Shown one piece after another: positions 1-13,342 of a stretch of 55,259 nucleotides of DNA. Origin of the DNA: Prorocentrum cordatum (Eukaryota). Location: assembly GCA_963575745.1 (NCBI GenBank), contig CAUYUJ010000172.1, positions 62,001 through 117,259 of the forward strand. Direction: 5' to 3'. The stretch's first letter is position 1, and every line of letters starts with the position of its first letter. The notes below the pieces were generated by a model. That model worked only from the letters and a program-made list of their open reading frames with translations. It was not told the origin of the DNA and did not search any database. A program made the position numbers and the translations under genes.

Positions 1-620
1 CAGTGGCAAGGTTTGCATTTAGTTCAACCCCAATGTCGGTACACCCTTCACAGGTTTCGTGCCCCAAAGGGGGAGCTCAACCGAAGGCCGCAGTGGCAGG
101 GCTCGCATGCGGTTCCACCCCCATTTCGGCGCACCCCTCATACATGTCGTCGCCTTCACCGAAGGCCGCCGTGGCACGGTTCGCGTGCGGTTCTATCCGC
201 ATGTCAGCACCGCAGGGCTTCACCCTTCGTGCAGCCATAGGGCACCCCACCGAAGGCCAGTGGCATGGTTCGCATGCGGTTCCGCCCCCTGTTTCGGCGC
301 ACCCCTTACCATTTCGCGCCGCCCGCTGTTTCGGCGCACCCCTCCCATAGGAAGCTCCACCGAAGGCCGCAGTAGCAGGGGTCGCATGGGGTTCTGCCCC
401 CACCTTTGGGACACCACCATTCCAGCGCTTCGCGCCCCCATAGGGAGCTCCACCGAAGACCCAAGTGGCAGGGTTCGCATGCGGCTCCCCGTCAATTTCG
501 GCACACCCCTCACACATTCACACACTTCGTGCTCCCATACTTAGTTTCGTCGAAGACGATCTTCACAACAACGGTACCCACAATTGCATATGGTTGGTTC
601 CTTCGCCAAGATATATTCTA
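1..620 (+). repeat. degenerate copy of the 90-bp satellite with its conserved tail
   Basis: Recurrent ccatagggagctccaccgaaggcc..cagtggc..ttcgcatgc..atttcggcacaccc. Tail 551-620 matches 24180-24250. Confidence 0.85.
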
Positions 621-1541
621 CCGGTTCCGTCTTGCAATGTTTGCCAATTGTGGTGTCGTTTTTTCCCTGTTCCGTCGCCGTTTCTTGTACGGTCCCGATT
701 CCGCTTCCAATCCCAGAGCTGTTTTTCCGGCGCTTCCAGGAACAATTGCTTTACCGTTTCGTGCCCCAGAAAGCGGTTTTGGAAAACGACCAAAAACAGC
801 TCTGCCATGTCTGGGGCCCAGGGGGGTACAGATTCCAGCCCCTCCGCCAGCCTCCACTGCTATTTCGCTTATTTTTCTCTCCTCATTTGGAAGGGGAGGA
901 GTGGGACCCCCCTCATTTTCGCTCTGTTTCGCTTTTGTGTCACCCCTCATGTGGAGGAGGAGGAGGGGAGGGAGCGGGGGGACGGGTGAGGGCAGGAGGG
1001 GAAAGGAGAGAGGAGAGGGCAAGCTAGGCGCGCTCGCGCCACATCTGACATCCTACCCCTCCCTCCCATCCTTCACCCTCGCTCTGTTTTGTCTCTGTCT
1101 GCCAACGGTTTGTCACAGCGGACCCGGCACACCCAACAAGTCCCATCGTGTTGCGCGCAAATCTGAAGAGGGGAGCTGTGTGCCGCGGAAGAGGCGGTGC
1201 CGGATGAGCAGGAGGACGATGAGATGCACGAGGAAGAAGGCGTGGATGAACTGCAGCAGCAGAAGCAGTCGGAGCAGGAGGGGCAAGATGACCAGGGGAA
1301 GGCGGGGGAGGGGAGATGAAAGTGGCGACAACGACGAGGAACCGCTCGCATCCAGAAAGGTGGCCCGCGCTGGGGCGAGAGCACCGTGCACCGATCCCGA
1401 AATGAGGCTCCTGCTGCAGCGGGAGCGCCACTCTGGCAGGGCCAGAAACGTTCAGAGTGGAAGACCACATGAATAAACATAGTTCGGCACCATCCTGTCC
1501 TGATATATTCATACACGTGTACACATATAGTTAACTGTGTT

Positions 1542-2520
1542 TACATACATGCATATATATATATATAAATAGATATATCTATACATGCACACATATGTAT
1601 ACATACATAAATATATACATACATACATGCATACACACGTACATGCATACAATCATACATACATACATACATATACACATACATACATACATACATACAT
1701 ACATACATACATACATACATACATACATACATGCGTACACACATACATCCATCCATCAATCCATCCATCCATCCATCCATCCATCCATCCATCCATACAT
1801 ACATACATACATACACATGCATGCACACATACATACATACATACACACACATACATACAAACATACATACATACATACATACATGCATGCATACATACAT
1901 ACATACATACGTACACACATACATTCATACAGGCATACATACATACATACATACATGCATACATACATACACACATACATGCATACATCTATACATACAT
2001 ACATACATACATACATACATTCATACATGCATACATGCATACAAACATACATACATACATACATACATACATACATCCGTCCATCAATACATACATACAT
2101 ACATGCATACATACATACATGCATACATACATACATACATACATACATACACACATACATACATGCATACATACGCATGTTTATACGTGTAAACCGATGT
2201 ATAAGTATATACATATATTAGTAAAAGTACGCGGAACGGGGGCAAGCGGCTCTGAGGCCGTCTTCGGGGGCGAGAGAAAGCAGTAGCCAAATGTACGGAG
2301 GCTAGCTAGGTGCGCTCGCACCATGTCTGACACCTTACCCATCCCACCCATCCTTTCCCAGTGCACAGGTTTTCTAAATATGTATATGTATGTCTATACA
2401 CACATTTTCAATGAATCTACCTATACACATAGATTCGTATAATATTTGCACGCGTACATGCACGTATATACATGTATATATATATATATACATGTGTGTA
2501 TGTATGTATGTATGTATGTA
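1542..2520. repeat. (TACA)n / (TCCA)n / (TATG)n microsatellites
   Basis: Directly visible. Confidence 0.95.
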
Positions 2521-5229
2521 TTGATACGCCCGGTCTGGCGGCTCTGTCGCCGCCGTCGCCGCCCCATCGCCACCTCGTCTCCGATCGGCGTCAAGGCCCG
2601 ACGGCCGGTCTGGCGGCTTTGTCGCTGCCGTCGCCGCCCCGTTGCCGCCTCGTCGCCGACTCGTCGCCCGCCGTCGTCTGGGCCTGACGGCCAGTCTGGC
2701 GGCTATGTCGCCGCCGTCGCCGTAATGTCGCCACCGTCGCCTCTCGTGGCCGCCGGTAGATGGCACCACATAGATTGCGTCGTGTTCACTTGCCTTGCCC
2801 TTGCGTTGTTTCGCATTGCTTCGCATTGCTTTGCGCTGCACTGCTTGCCCCCATGTATATGTATATACATGTACAGATATACATACATAGGTATGGCACC
2901 ACACACCGAACAATTATATATGGCCCCATCTATATCACGACATGGATTGCACACCACAATTAACACGACATACATTTCAGCATGTAGATTGCATCGAATG
3001 TATTCCTCCACCTCGTTTGCACCGTCTATATTGCCAGAAAAAAAACATGGGTTGGGGCCACGCTGGCTAACACACACACACACAACCACGCACATCATAT
3101 ACAAATAGGTGCAAGGTTTGAAGGGCGCGCTTCGCCCGCCGGGTCAAGGTTGACCCACTGACGAGAGACAGATGTCAGTGTGGAGATGTTGCCTGGCCAG
3201 CGCCCTCCCAAATGTTGTCTGGTCTCTGTGCGACTTCCCCCTCCCTCCTCGCGTGTCTCAATGCGCCTGGCGGTGGTCCCGCAAGTTCTGGAGTCTCTTG
3301 GAGCATGTCTGGGAAACATCGGGAACTCGAGGGCGAAACTCTACGCGTAAACCTAAAGTAGGACTGGGCGAAAATCTGGAGTCAGCGCACGGGGAGGCCT
3401 TCGGGGTAGGACCACGGGCAGGCCCTCGCGGGAGGCCAAGGGATCCTGAGGGAAGGGCATGGGTAGGTCTATGGCAGGTCACGGTTGTGGAGTCTCTGGG
3501 AGCTTGTCTTGGTGACGATCGGAGGCGCTAGGGCGAGGTCCTAGCTCAGGGAAGGCCTCGGCGAACGCCGAGGGCAAGCGCTTCGAGAGGCTCCAGGGGT
3601 AGGCCCATGGGAAACGTGTAGCAGGAGGCCTGGGGATCCGAGCGAATAGTCTTGGAGTAGAGCTATGGCAGGTGTGGGGTCAACTATACGGGTAAAATCA
3701 TGGTAGATCTCGCTCAGAGAAACTTCGGGGTGCACCCCAGGGGCAAGCCTGGCTAAGCCCACGGGAAAAGCATAATGGCAAACCAGGGTGGGCAAAGGGG
3801 CGGGACCAAGGGGGAAGCCTGCCGGGGAGTCGCACCAGGAATGTCTGGGAAGGGGGTCGGCCTCCGGCACGCCCGAACTTTAGGCTTATGGGGTAGGCCG
3901 AGGGCCATCTCAAGGAAAACACCACGGGTATGGCTGCCGTAAGCCGATGCGTTGGGCCTGGAGAACCTGGGAGCAAGGCCGCGCAGGCCCAGAGTAGTAG
4001 GGGTGAGCCTCGGGGTCGGTCCGCGGGGCAACCTGGGGAAGCCCAGCGCACTCCTGTGTCTGAGGGTGAGGGCTCGAGGTGCAGTCGGGCTGCTGAAAGA
4101 AGGCACGCTAAATAAGGAACTAAGCCCCTCTGTGGCTTCAGAAAAGCCTGGGGGCACGAGAAGGGCTAGAGGAACTACCGCGGAAGGACGTAAGGAACAT
4201 CGAGCCCCTTCCGAATCCAACATGTTCCTTCTTTCAGCGTCTTGGCTGTCAGCCCAGGGTAGGCAGAGAGGCGGGTTCGAGGCGGAAGCCGACGGGGGAG
4301 GAGCACGGGCAAAGCCGTCTGGGAACCGGGTCGGGCCAGGGCAGGCCCTCGCTCAAGGCTTCTGGGGTGGACGGGGGGTGAGCTTGATGGAAACGGCCAG
4401 GACACGGAGGCCGCGGGGGCTCTGGGGGCATCCTCGGAGGAGCGGAGGCGTTCTCGGGGGGGCCTCGCACTTGCGTGCACCACCCGTACTCCTGGAGGTC
4501 ACTGGGCGGCCATGGCGTCTTCCTCCTGGGGGTCACGAAGGCTGCCAAGACGGCATATGACGGTGTGGCAGGACTTGCCATAAGCAACTGTATACGTCCG
4601 CACAACTTACTCCGAGACGCCCTGGCTAGAGGGGGACAACAGCTCCCGCTCGACACCTCCTCGCAATTAAATGTAATGGAGGCGCCCTGGAGGACCCCAA
4701 CACTCAGGAACGACGCTCTCTCGTCGACGTTTTCTTATTCGGCGTTTCGACATTGGGCGGAAGAGTGGGGGGTTTGGCTCGGGACCTCTGCTTAGCGCGA
4801 CTGTTTGTAACCGTGCGCCCTCTAAGGGAGAAGCTCCACCTGCTCGAAAGAGGCGCCAAAAAACAGCCAAGATCTTCTCCAGGGGGAGGGGGGGATGGGG
4901 GGGCTCGAGGGCCCGCGACGTTCGGCAAAACAATGATTAGGAAAACGATCACCTGCCGAGACTTCCCCGAACTTCACTCAAGCTGGTGAGTGGCCCGAGG
5001 GCGCGTTGCCTCGCATGACGGCCACGTCGGCGCGGTGCGCGCACAAAGAGCGCACTTCTGAAGGTTCCTCCCGGGAGCTGGCATGCAAAGAGCTCCCCCT
5101 TTTTCAGGGGGGTGGTCCGTCCACCTGGTGGGCGGGCGCAGGGGGGGAGAGGGCAAGACACACGAGGTGCAGCGCAACGTGTTAGATCACATGTTTGCAT
5201 GGTGGTCGTCGTAGTTGTCGTTGTCGGGG

Positions 5230-6135
5230 TCCTCCTCCTCCTCCTCCTCCTCCTCCTCCTCCTCCTCCTCCCCCTCCTCCTCCCCCTCCCCTCCTCCTCC
5301 TCCCCTCATCCTCCTCTACTCCTCCTCCTACTCCTCTCCCCTCCTCCTCTGTCGCGGAATGACCTGGAGCTGCCCCCAGCGCCTCACCGCGCGGTGCTCC
5401 ACCGCAGGGCATGGGCGCTATGGAGCCCCGTCGCCCCCGAGACGCCCTCGAAGATCACAGGAGGAGGGAGGGGAGGAGAGGAGGAGGCGGATGAGGAGGA
5501 GGAGGAGGAGGAGGGGCTGGAGGGAGGGAGGAGGGAGGGAGGGAGGGAGGGAGGGAGGGAGGGATGGAGGGAGGGAGGGAGGAGGGAGGGAAGGGAGGGA
5601 GGGAGGAGGGAGAGGGAGGAGGGGGAGGGAGGAGGGAGGAGGGAGGAGAGGAGGGAGGGGGGAGGAGGGGAGTGGAGGGAGAGGGAGGAGGGGAGGAGGA
5701 GGGAGAGAGAGGAGGAGGACGGAGGAGGAGGAGGAGGAGGAGGAGGAGGAGGAGGAGGAGGAGGAGGAGGAGGAGGAGGAGAAGGAGGAGGAGGAGGATG
5801 GACACACCGGCCCTCCTCCGAAGGGGCTAGGGCCAAAACTCGGGCCTCCAGCGGCGCTCAGGACGATCCAGGCACCCCCACAACACCCTCGGCGAGGGGA
5901 GGAGGAGGAGGAGGAGGAGGAGGAGGGGAGGAGGAGGAGGAGGAGGAGGAGAAGGAGGAGGCGCAGCTGCTGGGACGCTCAGGACGATCCAGGCACCCCG
6001 GGCACGGGTTCCGTGTGTTCTTTCGATGTTCCCATGGACTCACCACGCGGTGTGGTCACAGGAGGAGGAGGAGGAGGAGGAGGAGGAGGAGGAGGAGGAG
6101 GAGGAGGAGGAGGAGGAGGAGGAGGAGGAGGAGGA
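5230..6135. repeat. (CCT)n / (GGA)n / (GGGA)n simple repeats
   Basis: Directly visible. Similar tracts at 13133-13570, 14725-14845, 24697-24890, 34310-34560, 35722-35912, 40085-40345, 41535-41695 and 48400-48740. Confidence 0.95.
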
Positions 6136-6577
6136 CACTCCAGGCCTGCATATAGTTGCTGGTGCGCACACCGTTTTGGGGTCCCGATCGTCGCCGCCGC
6201 CCCCGCGCCGCCTCTGGCGACGCGTCGGCGGCGGGAGGCGCCGAGGCGGCCGCCTCGGCGCTGGCGCCGCTCGCCTTCGGCGCGCGCGGTCGCGCGCGGA
6301 GGGGGGGACGCGCACGACGCGAGGGCGGGGCAAGCTCGGGGCGGGCGACTGTGAAGGGGCCCAGGGACAGACCACAAAACAGACACAAATCCCAGGGAGA
6401 TCCGTCGTACTTCAGGAGCACCTCCCAGAAATTCATCTCGAGCACCCGGACGGGTATCGAAACGGCGTCGAACGAGTGTCGCCCCCGACGCGTGAAAACC
6501 CTCCAGCTTCGGCACTTCCCGGTGCTCGAAACTCTCTCTGGTGGTCAAGGCTACAGCAGGCCGGAACATCATAATCT

Positions 6578-6780
6578 TTGGAGTCCCGAAGCGGTGCGGT
6601 GACAGACCGTGCGGTGACCTCGAAATCCCCCAAGACCTCACCGCACGGTCCGTCACCGCACGGTCTTGGGACCTCGGAGGCCCCAGTCGCCCGAGACGTC
6701 CTCGGAGAAGGACCCGAGTCCCCAAACCGTGCGGTGACCCCGAATCCCCACCGACTCACCGCACGGTGCGGTCACCACCC
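6578..6780 (+). repeat. dispersed about 200-bp element built from inverted accgtgcggtga/tcaccgcacggt motifs; second copy 37116-37320
   Basis: Two closely similar copies in the same orientation. Confidence 0.85.
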
Positions 6781-7129
6781 CATCTGGGGGCCCCCGTCTG
6801 GGGGCCCCCGATGGGAAGCGCGAAGTGCGAACGACTCCGCGCTCTCGCGCCGCCTCCCAGGGGAGAAGAGGAGGAAGAGGAGGAGCCGCACCCGCGAAGC
6901 GCGAACAGCTTCGCGCCCTCGAGGGGCGCCCTTGGGAGCCACACGCACAACGAGGAGGCGACCAGAGGCTGCCAGGTCGCTCGGGCCTCCACGCCTCGCG
7001 CAGAGAGTCTGCTGCGGCCCCGCGCGCGGGCATTTTCTTTTTGGTGTCGCGAGGGAGGCTCCTCGGTGCTCCTCGAGGGTCGGCGGCGAGCGAGGGGGGG
7101 TAGCGAGGAGGAGAACGAAGGGGCCCAAG

Positions 7130-7293
7130 GACACACATACACACAAATATGCATACACACAACTAAACATCTTCCCCAGATGTTCCAACATTGTTGGGGG
7201 TTTTCGTCTTCCCCCCCCCACACTTCCCATATTTTCCCATATTTGCTGGGGAATCGACGATTAATTGTGTCTGTGTGTTTCTCTCCCTCCTGA
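7130..7293 (+). repeat. dispersed about 160-bp family (cttcccatattttccc..gtgtctgtgtgtttctctccctcctga); copies 7533-7685, 36946-37111, 50280-50438
   Basis: Visual alignment of four copies. Confidence 0.8.
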
Positions 7294-8764
7294 GAGAAGG
7301 CCCTCTCAAAAGGCGGCGGGACTTCTCAGAAGCCCTCGCGCCTTCTGAGCAGTTGTCCGCGTCTTCGGGGAAAGCTTATGGAACTTCTCAGACGGCCGGG
7401 GGACGTCGGAATCTTCTGAGAAGGCCCGCCCATTGACACTTCCCCCCGGGCTCGCCGCCGATAAGAAGCCCAAATGGTACCACCATTGCCGAGATCGGGA
7501 TCAGCCTCCCTCGGTGGATGAGGAGGCCCAGCGATACACAAATAAGTAGACACACATCCAAAGTTTCCCTATATTTGTTTTGCATATGCTCTGGAGTTTC
7601 GTCTTCTCCTCCACTCTCTCTATTTCCCAACATGCTCCTGGGAACCGACGTTTCTTTGTGCATGTCTTTCTTCCCCCTTCCCTCGGTGGAAGGCACCCGT
7701 CCTGCTTCTCTTCCTCGTCGAGTGGGCTCGATTGGCCCCCTGCGGGGCGCTACGCCCAAACCCACTCGCAACTGCTGCAGCACGCGGAGCGTGGACCGGT
7801 CAGAGGCGGAAGCTCGCGCTGGACAAAATTGCGCGGAAACCACGCGCTGGATGCGGTGCGGGAGCCCGGCGTGCACGGCCACTGGAGGGCTCAGCGCTGG
7901 AAGATCATCTGGCGAGGAGGAGGAGGAGGAGGAGGAGGAGGAGGAGGAGGAGGAGGAGGAGGACCTCTCTATCAAACTGGTCACATCATCTGTGTCCAAT
8001 TTTCAGGTAGAGCGCGGGACGTGACCCGGTCAGGATCTGAGACTCGGAATTACACATCGTGCATGGTCCACCAAGACACGAGCTTCGAGCAAAACAAGCT
8101 GGATGAACCCGCTAGCATTCTTTACCGCCTAAGGTAGGCGTGCACACGGATGCTCGAATATGCCGAATCAGTTCGAGTCCCGCCGCTTTGTCGGCATCCT
8201 TTTTCTCAAGATGGGCTGCTGTGTATATCATATCGCAGGCAACTGCTTAGACGTTGAGTCTCGGCCGCCACTGCACCAAGAGAGACACGTTGACAGGATA
8301 CAACAGACGTGAGAGCATACGGTTCTCCAGAGGTGGGGCCGTATGACAACATTGCAGATGAGCGTGATGACGATGATGAGTGCGATGACGTGAGCGCCGT
8401 GCCAACCAGATTGAAGCCCTCGCCTCCATTAGCTAGAATCAACGTGGTGTCAACAACTTCGGCGGTCCATGGCGACGCGCCGCTATAAGCACCACAAAGT
8501 TCCATAGAGTGGCAATGATCAGTCGACCTCCGATGTCATGGTCGAAGATGCCGTTTTCGCCGCTGAAAGCTGTACCGCACGCGAGGCTAGAAACTGCGCG
8601 TACAGGGAACAAACGCAAGCTCATCCAACGCTCTCCGCCCAGATGGTAATTCCAGACAGTGCGTGTCGCCAGCACGCTAAACTTGGCCGCGGAGGGAGCG
8701 AAGTGGAAGGAGGGCGAGCTTCGGGCCGGTGCTGCGCGCCTTGAAATACCTCACTCTGAACCGC

Positions 8765-8950
8765 CCGAAATGGGCACAGGAGAGAAATCGCATGATGCCC
8801 AACAGGAACTGGTGTCCCAAACCGACAGCTGGTGGGCAGGCGACTGCCTCAAGTGGACAACGTCCGCGGCGACACCGACAACGAGTCATGTTCAGAATGG
8901 ACAGGAACTGCTGTCGCCCTCCGTCATCATTCTTCCCTTGCCCGTTTGGA
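8765..8950. mobile_element. diverged MITE-like element, same family as 44790-44984
   Basis: Shared core acgtccgcggcgac.ccgac and degenerate terminal inverted repeats. Confidence 0.7.
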
Positions 8951-9424
8951 TCGTGCCGATGATCGCCGGGTCTGGACCCCAACCGCGCCTGGGTTCACGA
9001 GGGGCGCCGGAGGAGCAACTGTGGAAGGACTTACGGAGCAGCGTGGCGCAAGCCGTGTGGTGCACACTGCCAAGATGGCAACACACAGGCCAACCGACGG
9101 CCTCCCAAGGCTACGGTGGAACCCTTGAAGGTGGGGGCGCTGGTGGCCTTGGCTCGGCCGTCTGTGCCGCCCTCCCCCGCCCGGCCGGCGGTTTGAATCG
9201 CCCCCCCCTGGGGCGCCCACTCCTCAGGACCCAGGCCGTCTCTGCGGAAACCAAAAGGTACCGATACCGCGACTCCCCAGACCCCTCCAGGGGTGCCCTC
9301 TGACCAGAATCTCGAGGCGAACCTAGCGGTGGCGACCAGGGTCTCCTAGGAGGCCCAGAACGGAGGAGGGGTGGCGGTCTGGTTCCCTCATCCTCCTCCG
9401 CCTCCGAGTCTCTGCCGCCGCACC

Positions 9425-9600
9425 GTGGGGGCCCATGCCAAGACACACCCTGCTTGCCTCCAGGGCGCCCTGTGTTTCTTGGGTTTCGATGGTTTTGCGA
9501 TAGAGAGCGCGACGCTCCCACACCAAAACTCAGTGGACGTCCTGGGGTCTCAGGGTTGGGGTTTCCTGTGGAAAGTGTCTTGTGGACCGGCCTCCACTGT
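9425..9600 (+). repeat. dispersed about 175-bp element; inverted copies at 10941-11340 (interrupted) and 42523-42680
   Basis: gggcccatgccaaga..ctcagggttggggtttcctgtggaaagtgtcttgt is found as its reverse complement at both other sites. Confidence 0.85.
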
Positions 9601-9700
9601 ACCCTGGAGGCGGGCTCCCCCCAGTGTTGCGGGCGGGGAGCCGCGCCAGCCAGCCCCAGGCCCGACCTCGACGGGCGCCGCCGGGCTAGGCCATCCAGGC

Positions 9701-9860
9701 TTGGGTCGGGCGTGCCCTCCTGCAGGCGGATTTCTGACGATATTTTAAACGTAGCCAGAACAGATTCAAACAACACGCCAACATACGAACGCAATCGCCC
9801 CCAGACATTCTGTTTGACCAGTTTTGAATACTCCGCCTGAGAGGGACCTGCCCGACTCAA
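9701..9860. mobile_element. MITE family with TIR (TTAA)GTCGGGCGTGTCCCCCTACAGG; other copies 9933-10087, 24366-24518, 27933-28042, about 34810-34955, 37746-37905, partial 22590-22630
   Basis: About 110-160 bp elements with AT-rich interior. The 37748-37904 copy has TIRs 25/27 identical. The 27933-28042 copy has TTAA on both sides. Confidence 0.85.
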
Positions 9861-10089
9861 CCTTGGAGGCGGACTCCGCCCCCTGTTGCGGGCGGGGAGC
9901 CGACCTCGACGGGCGCCGCCGGGCTAGACCTCGGTCGGGCATGTCCCCCTACAGGCGGATTTCGGAGGAAAACTTTAGATATTCAAGCAATACTAAAAAA
10001 TAGCCAACGAAATACCCAGAACTCGGCCCCAGATTATTTTGTTGACCATCTTTTGAACATTCCTCGTGGAGAAGGAGAAGCCCGACTGC

Positions 10090-10857
10090 ACTCTGTGTCC
10101 CTCAATAGTTTGGGGGCCCCGGACTAGAGGTACCCCCCGGACTACAAGTACCCCTCCCCCGGACTACAGGTACCCCCCCCCGGACTACAGATACCCCCCC
10201 CGGACTACAGGTACCCCCCCCCCGGACTACAGTTACCCCCCGGACTACAGGTACCCCCCCCGGACTACAGGGACCCCCCTTAGCCCCTGGAACTACAGGC
10301 CCCCCAGGAACTACAAGTAAATCATGCAATATCTGGAAAGTTGTCATTGTCATGATACAGAGTGTCTGTGCGTGCGCGCGTGTGCGTGCGTGTGTGCTTG
10401 CGTGTGCGTGTGTGCGGTTCCGTGCGGTTGCGTGCGCGCGTGCGCGCGTGCGTGTGAGTCTGCGCGTGCATGCGCGCGTGCGCGCGGGCGTGTCGTGTGC
10501 AACGATGCGCGTGAGGTCCCGCGCGCGTAAGTACTAAACACCCGCGTGCGTGGAACCACGCGTGCTTTGAGGCATGACCATATGCCCCCCCCCCCCCCCC
10601 TGGACTACAAGTACCCCCATGCGCGCCCCCCCGGACTACAGGTACCCCCCCCCCCGGACTACAGGTACCCCCCCCCGGACTACAAGTACCCCCCCCGGAC
10701 TACAGGTACCCCCCCCGGACTACAAGTACCCCCCCCCCCTACCCCCCCCCCCCGGACTAGAGGTACCCCCCCCCGGGACTACAGGTACCCCCCCCCCGGA
10801 CTACAGGTACCCCCCCCGGACTACAGGTACCCCCAGAACTATGGAGGGACACAGAGT
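10090..10857. mobile_element. MITE-like element with TIR actctgtgtccctc(a/c)atagtt carrying about 20-bp tandem repeats (ccccggactacaggtaccc) and a (GT/GC)n interior
   Basis: Inverted termini at 10090-10110 and 10837-10857. Arrays at 10120-10320 and 10590-10835. Confidence 0.8.
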
Positions 10858-11357
10858 AGTCCAGTCTGGACGGCCCCGCCTGCCCCCCCGGGCCCGGGCG
10901 ACGCTGGCCCGGCCCTGCGCGCCCAACCCATGCCAAGCAGGTGGAGGCCGCTCCACAAGACACCTTCCATAGGAACCCTTCGGAGGCAACTGCCGGGAGA
11001 TCTTCGTCGGAAGGATCGAGGAGGAGGAAGCCCCGTGGGGGGGCTGTTACGCCGGAGGGGGCCTCGGATTCGGCGGGATTGCGCCGGATTGAGCGGGATT
11101 AAACGGGATTCAACCAGATTCAGCGGGATTGAGCCGGATTGAGCCGGATTTCGGACCAGGGCTGAATCAGAATTTGACCTTCCAGGAGTTGCATCCGAAG
11201 AAACCCAACCCTGAGACCTCAGGACGTCCATGGATTTATGGTGCGGGAGCGTCGCGCTCTCCATCGCAAAGCCGTCGAAACCCAAGAAACCCAAGGCACC
11301 CTGGAAGGCTAGCTGGGTGTCTCTTGGCATGGGCCCCCACTGTAGGAGGATCCCCAC

Positions 11358-11414
11358 CGGCCGCGACTGCCGTGGCGATCTTCGCCAGAGCAATTAGCTT
11401 GAAGGGAACGGGTC
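11358..11414 (-). CDS. candidate further exon (G)PVPFKLIALAKIATAVAA
   Basis: cag|GA acceptor and G|gt donor. Phase fits if exon F ends at 11718. Non-repetitive island between repeats, but no motif support. Confidence 0.3.
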
Positions 11415-11733
11415 CTGAGGTATGCTTGCCCTGGACCCCAGGGCCCTGCCCAAGGACAAACTTCTCATCCCGAGTCGTTTGCCAACAATCCCAGGGGCCG
11501 TGGAGGGCCCGGCAACCGAAGGGCCTGGCAAATCCGAAGTCAAAAACCGAAAGGAGGAGAAGCAGGAGGAGGAGGAGGAGGGTGAGGATGGGGGGGAGGA
11601 GAATGAGGAGGAGGAGGACGACGAGGAGGAGGAGGCGGCGGACGAGGAGGAGGACAAGGAAAACATGGGGAGGACAGCGGCGACGGCGACGGCTGCGACG
11701 TCCGCGGCGGCGGCGGCCCGCGGCGTCCGGCGC

Positions 11734-11780
11734 CTTCGCCTTGGCCTTGGCGGCCTTTGCCTTCGCGGCGGCCTTCGAGC
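11734..11780 (-). CDS. AAA+ ATPase exon F, Lys/Ala-rich linker (G)SKAAAKAKAAKAKAK; 3' end uncertain (11734 or 11718)
   Basis: cag|GC TCG acceptor has the phase 1 required by exon E. GC3-rich codons. The preceding intron starts GCTCG, identical to the exon start. Confidence 0.6.
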
Positions 11781-12329
11781 CTGCGCCGGGCGCCGGCGGC
11801 AAGACGACGGCACTGACGGCGGCGGCGACGACGGCACTGACGACGACGGCGACGTCGACGACGACGACGACGGCACTGACGGCGGCACTGACGGCGGTAC
11901 TGCCGACGGGGTGGGAGTAATGAGGGCCGTCCACGTAGCCCTCCTACTCCTCCCACCCTAGCTGCCCCGATACGCAACGCGCAACCGGTAGCGTATTGAT
12001 ACGGAGCTCAACACGCAGTCTGAACACTTGGGTCTGATGCGATGCAATCGCCAAAACGTGGGACAATACGTGGAGCCAACACTCAACGTATTGGCACGAA
12101 CGTTTTGAGCACGGTGCGTGTTGCGTTTCAAAAGGAGCGTATCGGGGCAGCTACGCAACGGGGGGGCAGGAATGAGGGCCATCCACGTTTCCCTCTTGCT
12201 TCTCCCACTCCTCCTGTTGCTCCCGCTCGTTCTCCACCTCCTCTCCTTCCTGCGGCCGCCGCTGCGGCTGCTGCCGCTGCCGCGGCTACTCCATCTCGTG
12301 AGAGGTGGGTCAACGGGGAGGAGGAACGA

Positions 12330-12545
<216 letters not shown>

Positions 12546-13311
12546 GGAGGAGCGAGGATGAGGAGAGGGCAGGAGGAGGAGTGGATTGGAGACGCCATGC
12601 AGTGCAAATTCACATACTCACGCCAGTGCAGGGGCGGATGTAACAACGCAACATCGTCAACACCTAATCATGGGTGATCAATAAGATGTTGCCGACTTCA
12701 GCGTCTGAACGGCGCATGCTATTCCACACCATCTGGGCACTGCGTACAAGAGAACACTCAATTAACTAAAGCACAATGAAGAACTCTTCATGTGCACCCG
12801 TATTTCCTCATTATTGGTCGGGGCGCTTCCCTTCCCAAATTTACGTTGGAATTCGTGTGATCGCTCGCTGAAATGCTCTTGCACGGCTCGCTAAACTGTC
12901 CGATCCAAATCCCGTCCGGCATGCAAGGGCCACTCATGTAACTCGCCGTGCCCCGTCGGGCGCTGCCGTCGGGGACATCTGCTGCCCCTGCCCATCCTTC
13001 CCGGGGGCTCGTTTGACAGGGTTGTGCCCAAACGCTGCGAGACCTTCTCAATGCGCCCCACACAGATTTGGAAAGCCTGGAGGCTACTAGTCCACAACTT
13101 GCGATCAAGTAGCGCTGCCCCTGGCTGGAAAATCCTCCTCCTCCTCCTCATCCTCCTCGTCCTCCTCCTCCTCCTCCTTTTCTTCTGCTCCTCCTCTCCT
13201 CCCTCCCCCTCCTCCCCCTCCTCCCCTCCTCCTCCTCTCCTCCTCCTCCTCCCCCTCATCCCCCTCCTCCACCTCCTCCTCCTCCTCCTCCTCCTCCTCC
13301 TCCTCCTCCTC

Positions 13312-13342
<31 letters not shown>

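Noticed and set aside
1..9300. Search for C-terminal ATPase exons (LSGLLNxLDG, TTN, DPALxRPGR)
   Set aside because: Not found by eye; probably left of the window, or missed.
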